Assembly (NCBI GenBank): GCA_937928405.1
Contig: CALFWZ010000143.1
Coordinates: 3,208-67,207 of the forward strand
From: an uncultured Saprospiraceae bacterium
Lineage (GTDB): Bacteria; Bacteroidota; Bacteroidia; Chitinophagales; Saprospiraceae
DNA: 64,000 nt
Reading direction: 5' to 3'
In this document: piece by piece, positions 55,702 through 62,516 of the stretch
Numbering within the stretch: position 1 is the stretch's first letter
Layout of the letters: each line of letters starts with the position of its first letter
Made by a program: the position numbers and the translations under genes
Notes under the pieces: model-generated
The model's input: the letters and a program-made list of their open reading frames with translations, nothing else
What the model was told of the DNA's origin: nothing
Databases searched by the model: none

Positions 55702-56448
55702 ATGATCAGAGAAGACAGAGTTCAATTAAACGAACGGTTCATGAAAGTCTTTAAACTCCTACAGGATCGTGGAGATATTATATTGAATGATCGTGGTGGA
55801 AAAGGAATGGGAGATTTTGCAAAAAAAGTACTTGGAAACCGTGCCTACGGACACATCATTCGTGCTTTTTTAACGGATACGGACAAACGGGTAATTGATT
55901 ATCACCAAGCACGAATCGTTTGTCGAGAGTATGGAATTAATGAGTCTTATCTGATTGATGGTACCGGTACGCCTTTTGGCCGTGAATTACCTAAGGTACA
56001 ATTTGCGGATAGTAACGTAAATGCAATTCGCCCCAATATCGTATTTACCTCCGTCCAAGCTTTTGCAGGATCAGGAGATAGCGCAACGGATACCTTTGGT
56101 TCTCAAGCGGAAGACAATGAGCTTTTTGCATTACCAGGTGTTAGTGGTGCTGGCCTTGTTGCTTTTCCAGTTGAAGGAAATAGTATGGAGCCTGTCATCA
56201 ACGATCATGATATCGTGATCTGCCGCGAGATTGATGGCGTAGGTGATATCAAAGACAACGAAATATACGCTGTCAAAAGCAATGGACATTTATGGATCAA
56301 GCACGTACAGCGGATTAAAAATAATAAGGGGCGTACCGTTCAATTAAAAATGATTTCTGCTAATCATCTTGAACACGAACCTTTTACGCACGATGTCAGC
56401 GAGTACACGCGCTTATATAAAGTAATTAGAAAAATTAGTGAAATCTAA
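55702..56448 (+). CDS. HTH-like / S24 (LexA-type) peptidase-domain regulator, paralog 1
   Basis: The C-terminal S24 block is VEGNSMEPVINDHDIVICREI...NEIYAVKSNGHLWIKHV (nucleophile Ser in GNSM; candidate general-base Lys in WIKHV). The N-terminal half is HTH-like. Confidence 0.7.
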   Translation: MIREDRVQLNERFMKVFKLLQDRGDIILNDRGGKGMGDFAKKVLGNRAYGHIIRAFLTDTDKRVIDYHQARIVCREYGINESYLIDGTGTPFGRELPKVQFADSNVNAIRPNIVFTSVQAFAGSGDSATDTFGSQAEDNELFALPGVSGAGLVAFPVEGNSMEPVINDHDIVICREIDGVGDIKDNEIYAVKSNGHLWIKHVQRIKNNKGRTVQLKMISANHLEHEPFTHDVSEYTRLYKVIRKISEI

Positions 56449-56548
56449 TCTTAACTTAGACGCCACCTAAGTCGTGAATAACTACTTCGTTTAGAATTTG
56501 GAATAAATAAATTTTCCAGTTCAGATTGGTTTTCATTCCACGTCGCTT

Positions 56549-56586
56549 AATAGCTGATCAGAAATTCTGATCAGCTATTTTTTTTT
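56549..56586 (+). terminator. Rho-independent terminator after S24 paralog 1
   Basis: AATAGCTGATCAG-aaatt-CTGATCAGCTATT followed by a T-run. Confidence 0.85.
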
Positions 56587-56683
56587 GAAAAAATTGTGTT
56601 TTAATTTTCCATAATAACATAAATTGTTTTATATTGCAATGAAGAAATAAGTTCCATTATTTTATTAAAAGCAGAATGATATT

Positions 56684-57415
56684 ATGGTACAAGCAGAAGA
56701 ACGGAAAGAACTGAATCGACGGTTTAAGACGGTTTTCCAGTTACTAACCAAGCGTGGGGAGATTATCAAAAATAATCGGCAAAAAAGTAAAACTGTTTTT
56801 GCAGAGAATCTTGGTACCAAAGGGCATATTATTGATAAATATTTGGACGATCGTCGTTTTATCACGTATCCGCAAGCAAAATTACTGTGTGCGAAATATC
56901 AGGTAAGCGAGCTTTACTTATTTCAAGGAATCGGCAATCCATTTGATCCACCACCCTCTAAATTACCAGACTCTGAAGATAAATTAGCTATGGCTTTAGG
57001 AATTAATTTTTCTCCAAATATTCTTTTTACCAACGTAGAAGCATTTGCCAGTAATACCGTTGGAGTAGATCTATTAGAAGAACATCAGCGCTTTCATATT
57101 CCTGGCGTAAATGGAGATCTCGTTGCGTTTAACATCAAAGGCAATAGTATGGCACCGACCATTATGACAGGTGATATGGTGATTTGTGCACCGCTTGAAG
57201 AAAAAAATGAAATGATCGACAACGAGATATATGCCGTCGTAACAAATAATTCGGTTTATGTAAAAAGAGTCATGCGCTATTTTGACCGCTTGAAAAACTG
57301 GACACACTTAAAATTAATTTCGGATAATCATACAGAATTTGATCCTTTCATTTTGGAAATTGCAGAAGTCCGAAAACTACTCAAGGTCAAAAGAAAGCTG
57401 ACTGGACTCGGCTAA
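56684..57415 (+). CDS. HTH-like / S24 (LexA-type) peptidase-domain regulator, paralog 2
   Basis: IKGNSMAPTIMTGDMVICAPL...NEIYAVVTNNSVYVKRV. It is collinear with paralog 1 over its full length. Confidence 0.7.
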   Translation: MVQAEERKELNRRFKTVFQLLTKRGEIIKNNRQKSKTVFAENLGTKGHIIDKYLDDRRFITYPQAKLLCAKYQVSELYLFQGIGNPFDPPPSKLPDSEDKLAMALGINFSPNILFTNVEAFASNTVGVDLLEEHQRFHIPGVNGDLVAFNIKGNSMAPTIMTGDMVICAPLEEKNEMIDNEIYAVVTNNSVYVKRVMRYFDRLKNWTHLKLISDNHTEFDPFILEIAEVRKLLKVKRKLTGLG

Positions 57416-57547
57416 TTTCTTTGATATACCAAAACGATAAATAAGAGACCTGAACTAATAAATTGTACTGCTACAGCAAGAGAAAAATGATGTAAAAAAA
57501 ATATTCAATCATCTAGACTACTTAGTCTGTATCAACAATATTAAATT

Positions 57548-57982
57548 ATGAACACTACTCAATTAGCGCACCGTGCCCCAGTAATCAATACTGATGCTTT
57601 TCAAACTTATCGAAAAGTCGGTGCGTGGCGAAATATGGATGTTTACGTGTATGAAAGTGTCAATCTACGTTTTCATCCCATCGCCAAAAATGGAAAAATC
57701 TTAGTCAAACTGGAGTTTAATACTTTTGACAAGTACCGAAAAGAATTGGTCTTCTTCGATCAATTTAATGAAATCGAATGCCAAGATTATCAAACAGATT
57801 TACGACAAGTCGTCAAAGAAAATAGTGCCCTACTCTATCATGAACTACTAATACAAATTAAAAAAGACGTGCGTGCATCCGCTAATCTCTATTTACCTGA
57901 TTGGAATAAATTGAGAATATCTAATATTCAGGAAGATGGTTTATTGACAAAACCCATGAAAGCCCACACCACTGAAGACTAA
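57548..57982 (+). CDS. Hypothetical protein (144 aa)
   Basis: ORF with its own terminator. I recognise no family. Confidence 0.4.
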   Translation: MNTTQLAHRAPVINTDAFQTYRKVGAWRNMDVYVYESVNLRFHPIAKNGKILVKLEFNTFDKYRKELVFFDQFNEIECQDYQTDLRQVVKENSALLYHELLIQIKKDVRASANLYLPDWNKLRISNIQEDGLLTKPMKAHTTED

Positions 57983-58068
57983 GTACTGCCGTCTCAAAAA
58001 TTTTAGCCTATCGGATGCCTCATGTATTCGATAACGCTATTTTAATTACCTGCTGTTTTTTGAATTTG

Positions 58069-58101
58069 ACTCCCGAAGTAAATTTCGGGAGTTCTTTTTT
58101 T
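58069..58101 (+). terminator. Rho-independent terminator
   Basis: ACTCCCGAA-gtaaat-TTCGGGAGT followed by tcTTTTTTT. Confidence 0.8.
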
Positions 58102-58128
58102 AAGAATTGCTATGTTAAAAACCTGATT

Positions 58129-58584
58129 TTAGTGCGCATACTTTTCAATGATGGCCGTACAAGCACGATCCAACATTTGATAAACACCTTCAAAACCATC
58201 ATCTCCATAATAAGGATCGGGGACATTTTGGTTATGGTCTGGTTTTTCCATATTCATGATAAGCTGTACTTTTTCGCGCTGCACATCGGTGGTGGCGAGT
58301 AGCAATATATGCTGAAAATTCATGCTATCCATTGCAAAAATTAAATCATAGTTTTCCAAATCAGCAGGCTTAAGCTGCCGACCACGCTGAGAGGTGATAT
58401 CCAAACCGTGAGTAGCAGCTACGGCGATAGAACGTGGGTCCGGCGCGTCTCCTACATGCCAGCTCCCCGTACCAGCTGAATCAACCGTCCAGTCTAGATT
58501 TTTTGCTTTTACTTTTTCTTTTAGGATACCTTCTGCTAGTGGAGAACGACAGATATTTCCGAGACAGACCATTAAAACTTTCAT
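58129..58584 (-). CDS. Low-molecular-weight protein-tyrosine phosphatase
   Basis: P-loop VCLGNICRSP at the N-terminus and the DPYY block near the C-terminus. Confidence 0.9.
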   Translation of the reverse strand: MKVLMVCLGNICRSPLAEGILKEKVKAKNLDWTVDSAGTGSWHVGDAPDPRSIAVAATHGLDITSQRGRQLKPADLENYDLIFAMDSMNFQHILLLATTDVQREKVQLIMNMEKPDHNQNVPDPYYGDDGFEGVYQMLDRACTAIIEKYAH

Positions 58585-58616
58585 TGGATTTGTTTAGTTT
58601 AGTACAAAATTACGAA

Positions 58617-59360
58617 ATGCAGAAATTCAAAGCTATAATAATTGATGACATTGCTCAATCTAGAGCAACGCTCAAAGAAGATCTGGAAGCTTATTGCCCA
58701 GAAATTGAAGTTATTGGTGAAGCCGAAGGTGTGGTCAGTGGCGCCCGCTTACTCAAAGAAATTACGCCAGATGTCTTGTTTTTAGATATTCAAATGCCAG
58801 ATGGAACAGGCTTTGATTTGTTAGAAATATTACCCAAAATATCTTTTAAAATAATTTTCACGACGGCCTCTGATGCTTTTGCCATTCGTGCTTTTCGTTT
58901 TTCAGCAGTGGATTATTTGTTGAAGCCCGTTGATCCAGATGACCTTATAGAAGCAGTCAACAAATTAAAAACAGCTCCTGCTACTGGACAAGATTTAGAT
59001 CTCTTGCTGGACAACATGAAAAACCAGGAAGCTCCGAAGAAACTCTCCTTACATACACAGGATAAAATTCAGATCGTCAACCTAAGCGATATTATTCGTT
59101 GTGAATCAAGCGGAAATTATACGATTTTTCATTTTGCAGATGGTACCAATCTCATGGTTACGCGGACACTAAAAGAATATGACCAACTGCTTAGCGACAG
59201 CGGATTTTTTCGGGTACACCAATCCCACTTAGTCAACCAAAAGCACATCACCGCTTATGTAAAAACAGAAGGCGGATATCTATTGATGTCTAACAAACAA
59301 CACGTAGCAGTTTCATTACGTAAAAAAGCAGCTGTGATGGAAATGCTGGAGAAACTGTGA
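58617..59360 (+). CDS. LytTR-family two-component response regulator (REC + LytTR DNA-binding domain)
   Basis: REC blocks IIIDD, LFLDIQMPDGTG and DYLLKP. LytTR blocks are IIRCESSGNYTIFH and FFRVHQSHLVN. The ATG at 58617 is preferred; the track's 58434 start overlaps the PTP gene. Confidence 0.85.
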   Translation: MQKFKAIIIDDIAQSRATLKEDLEAYCPEIEVIGEAEGVVSGARLLKEITPDVLFLDIQMPDGTGFDLLEILPKISFKIIFTTASDAFAIRAFRFSAVDYLLKPVDPDDLIEAVNKLKTAPATGQDLDLLLDNMKNQEAPKKLSLHTQDKIQIVNLSDIIRCESSGNYTIFHFADGTNLMVTRTLKEYDQLLSDSGFFRVHQSHLVNQKHITAYVKTEGGYLLMSNKQHVAVSLRKKAAVMEMLEKL

Positions 59361-59410
59361 ATTGTTGAATAAGGTATTTAAGATAGTTTTGATCCCAATG
59401 TTTTATTTTT

Positions 59411-59452
59411 TTTGAATTTGAATTTGAGGTTGTGGTTGAGATTGCCCTTGAG
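59411..59452 (+). repeat. TTGAA/GAGGTTG-type G/T-rich repeat array
   Basis: tttgaatttgaatttgaggttgtggttgagattgcccttgag, followed by gcccgcctaccggccgggtttt. The latter resembles gcccgccaacttgtcggacaggttttt at 52943-52969. Confidence 0.65.
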
Positions 59453-59510
59453 CCCGCCTACCGGCCGGGTTTTAACATAGTTTACTGAACAGTTCAAAAA
59501 CGAAATTCCA

Positions 59511-60158
59511 TCAAATTCCTCCTGGTTTATCTTTGCTACTCAAGGAGATGTGGAGATGATCCGCCGTTCCCACGTGGCGTAAGGTATTCAGTCCCATCAA
59601 ATTGAAATATAATTTTAGTAAACCATTTCTAAATTCTCCATGTCTTTTGGTTCGAATATCCACAGCATGAACATAGCCGTTGGATTGAACATAATGTAAA
59701 GACTGACGCTTTGTTTTTAACCCCATCTTTTTATAATCCTCTGGTTGCCGTTTCCCATCGGTAATCAATAGGCTTTTATCGATGAATACAATCGTGCTTA
59801 TACTAAGTCGCAATATCGGATGCAAGCTCGAATAGGTAGTTTTAATCTCTGGCGATTTTACATGACTATCCGACAAATAAACCACCGCATAGATACTGTA
59901 ACCAATTACTAAAAAAAAGGCAAAAAGGACTCGAATCTTAAAACTACGAGCACTACCAATCTTACCAGTGATTCTACCATAAATAAAGCTGAAATATATA
60001 ATCAGCAGAAATACGGTAATTCCTACCCCTAATAAAATAGCTGACCAAGGGGATAGTTGGTAATACTCGTGCCCAAATACGGCTCCTCGAATCAAACATA
60101 TAAAAGGTAAGACCAACAGAAGGGCCAAACGAATGAGGAAAAAGAAGATTTTTTTCAT
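59511..60158 (-). CDS. Membrane protein with possible LAS/M15-like zinc-peptidase motifs
   Basis: Four N-terminal TM helices. The C-terminal motifs are SLHYVQSNGYVHAVDI (resembling SxHxxGxAxD with an insertion) and ADHLHISL (HxH). Confidence 0.3.
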   Translation of the reverse strand: MKKIFFFLIRLALLLVLPFICLIRGAVFGHEYYQLSPWSAILLGVGITVFLLIIYFSFIYGRITGKIGSARSFKIRVLFAFFLVIGYSIYAVVYLSDSHVKSPEIKTTYSSLHPILRLSISTIVFIDKSLLITDGKRQPEDYKKMGLKTKRQSLHYVQSNGYVHAVDIRTKRHGEFRNGLLKLYFNLMGLNTLRHVGTADHLHISLSSKDKPGGI

Positions 60159-60262
60159 AAGTAATTACTATGTATACCTTAAACAAACCAACCCTAGGAT
60201 AAAGTTTTGAGTAGAAATTCTCTAATTTTCAATATTTATTGAAATAAATATCTGCTCTTATG

Positions 60263-60467
60263 AATTTTGTTTAACAAAAAAAATTGCACTATTTTTATTG
60301 TAAATCACTAACAATCAATCACTTAACAATAAAATTAAACTTAAGGAACATGTTAAGCAAAAATAAAAATTTAAATTTTGTTTAACTTTTTCTTGGAAAA
60401 CATTAAACAAGAGTGTATATTTGTTAAACAAAACCGTACTACGACTTCATTTTGTTTAACTTTTTTT
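60263..60467 (+). promoter_or_regulatory. Cluster of TTTGTTTAAC / TTTGTTAAACAAA boxes upstream of ECF sigma paralog 2
   Basis: gaattttgtttaacaaaa begins at 60263, aaattttgtttaactttt at 60373, tatatttgttaaacaaaac at 60416 and tcattttgtttaactttt at 60447. Two of these sites are near-palindromic. Confidence 0.35.
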
Positions 60468-60480
60468 AAAATAAAGTACT

Positions 60481-61017
60481 ATGTCAACCCTAGATTTCTA
60501 CTCAAATTTAAACAAGGTAACCAACGTTCTTAAGTCATTTGCATATAATTTGACACAAAACGTTGAGGATGCACGAGATCTTTATCAAGAAACAGCTTAT
60601 CGAGCTATCAAGAATAAAGAAAAATTTAATCCTGGTACTAACTTTAAAGCGTGGTTAATGACCATCATGAAAAACATCTTTATCAATAACTACCGCAAAA
60701 AGATGAAGCAAAATACCATTATTGATAAAACTGATAATAACTACTTTATCAACTCTAGTGGAAATGCGACCCAAAACGAAGCAGAATCTTCTATCTTGAT
60801 GAAAGAAATTACAGCGATGATTACTGCTCTAGAGGATGGACTTAAAATTCCCTTTATGATGCATTATCAGGGATTTAAGTATCAGGAAATTGCCGACAAG
60901 ATGGAACTCCCCTTAGGAACGGTAAAAAGTAGAATATTTTTTGCTCGTCGAGAATTGAAAGTAAAAATTAAAAATAGATACAACCAACCAGTAAGTGAAC
61001 TAATGAAAGCTGGCTAA
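60481..61017 (+). CDS. ECF-type RNA polymerase sigma-70 family factor (paralog 2)
   Basis: DLYQETAYRAIKNKEKFNPGTNFKAWLMTIMKNIFINNYRK and FKYQEIADKMELPLGTVKSRIFFARRELK. By eye it is roughly half identical to paralog 1. Confidence 0.85.
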   Translation: MSTLDFYSNLNKVTNVLKSFAYNLTQNVEDARDLYQETAYRAIKNKEKFNPGTNFKAWLMTIMKNIFINNYRKKMKQNTIIDKTDNNYFINSSGNATQNEAESSILMKEITAMITALEDGLKIPFMMHYQGFKYQEIADKMELPLGTVKSRIFFARRELKVKIKNRYNQPVSELMKAG

Positions 61018-61058
61018 AAATAGAAATAGCCCCAAAATATTTAGATAGAGTGGATATT

Positions 61059-61097
61059 AAAGGATTTTTTGCGAATACGTGAAAAATCCTTTTTTTA
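61059..61097 (+). terminator. Rho-independent terminator
   Basis: AAAGGATTTTT-tgcgaatacgtg-AAAAATCCTTT followed by a T-run. Confidence 0.75.
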
Positions 61098-61199
61098 TGG
61101 CCGGAACTTTGCGAATCCCATAATAGCGACTACCTTTGGTCTGATAAAAGACGTCGACTAGATAAAATCTAATATCCTGCTAAGGATAATAAAACTATC

Positions 61200-62318
61200 A
61201 TGACAAATTCAAAGAAAGAATCCGAAATTACTTCCAAAGAAGGACTGTCTTTTCACCTAACTACACAGGTGGATGACGATCAACCTATTTTCCTTACAGG
61301 CTCCTTCAATAACTGGAACGTCGCAGATCGGCGTTATCAACTCAAAAAAACTGGACCGAAGACCTATTACGGAGCTATTCCAGCAGGTATGGAATTACGG
61401 TATCCACTAGAATATAAATTTGTACGTGGTGGATGGGACGAGGTTGAATTGGATGAGAAAGGCAATCTAACAGATAATAGAATTCTGGAGAAGCCTATTT
61501 CAGAAGTAAAAATTTACGTGCCTTTATTCGCAAAAAAAGACAAACTTTACGACAGCGACCGATTGCCAAAAATTGTGATTATTTCTAATCATTTTGAAAT
61601 ACCACAACTCATCAAAACCCGGCGAATTACGGCCCTACTTCCACACGATTATTACGAAACAGACAAACGATATCCAGTTTTGTACTTACAGGATGGACAA
61701 AATCTTTTCGACGATTACGCACCTTACGGTAATTGGGGCGTTGATAAAAAATTGGCGGAAATGAGCGGAAAAGGAATGGGAGACATCATCGTCATTGCAA
61801 TCGACCACGGAAAGGATGAACGCATGGCCGAATTTACACCAAATCACAGCTCTGGAAAATTTAGAAAAAAAGAAGGTAAACAATATATTCGCTTTCTAGC
61901 GGACACCCTAAAACCTCATATTGATAAAAATTTTCGAACCCTACCCGATGTCAAAAACACAGGTATTGGTGGCAGCTCCATGGGGGGGCTGGTCAGTATT
62001 TATGCTGGTCTCGTTTATCCGGAAGTCTATTCTCGACTGATGATATTTTCTCCTTCCCTGTGGGTGATGCCCAATATGTACTTTGGTAGTATTCACGTGG
62101 AACAAAGTTTTGACACCCGTATTTATCTCTACGCTGGTGGAAAGGAAAGCGAGAATATGGTTCCCAATGCACAGAAATTTAAGGATATGGTTTCTAAAAA
62201 AGGGCCAGATGGTTCTCAAATAGATTTTCACTTATCCTTAGATCCAGAAGGAGTCCATAGCGAATACCACTGGGGGCAAGAATTTCCAAAAGCACTCGAA
62301 TGGTTGTTTTTCCGGTAG
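61200..62318 (+). CDS. Alpha/beta hydrolase (esterase family) with N-terminal CBM48/AMPK-CBM-like domain
   Basis: The N-terminus has LTGSFNNWNV...YKFVRGGW. The nucleophile elbow is GGSSMGG, and there is a YLQDGQN block. Confidence 0.75.
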   Translation: MTNSKKESEITSKEGLSFHLTTQVDDDQPIFLTGSFNNWNVADRRYQLKKTGPKTYYGAIPAGMELRYPLEYKFVRGGWDEVELDEKGNLTDNRILEKPISEVKIYVPLFAKKDKLYDSDRLPKIVIISNHFEIPQLIKTRRITALLPHDYYETDKRYPVLYLQDGQNLFDDYAPYGNWGVDKKLAEMSGKGMGDIIVIAIDHGKDERMAEFTPNHSSGKFRKKEGKQYIRFLADTLKPHIDKNFRTLPDVKNTGIGGSSMGGLVSIYAGLVYPEVYSRLMIFSPSLWVMPNMYFGSIHVEQSFDTRIYLYAGGKESENMVPNAQKFKDMVSKKGPDGSQIDFHLSLDPEGVHSEYHWGQEFPKALEWLFFR

Positions 62319-62516
62319 TTAAATACACTGTGTATTAAATACATTACCATAAATAATCTTTCGTTTTGACTATTTTTTTGATGCTACTTTTCCCTGTCTG
62401 TCCAACAGACAGTCCTGAAAACTCCTTAAATAGCTATGCTATGGCTATTCGTATCGTTTTCAAATCGATTGAGCTCAAAAATTAATTAATGCAATTTATT
62501 TATAAAAAGTCTTCTG

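Noticed and set aside
58015-58302. 95-aa plus-strand ORF
   Set aside because: It spans a strong terminator hairpin (58069-58101) and then runs antisense to the LMW-PTP gene, which makes it implausible as a gene.
58434-58616. 61-codon N-terminal extension of the LytTR regulator ORF, overlapping the LMW-PTP gene
   Set aside because: The extension is antisense to a well-supported PTP coding sequence and has no REC-domain similarity. The receiver domain begins right after the ATG at 58617 (MQKFKAIIIDD).
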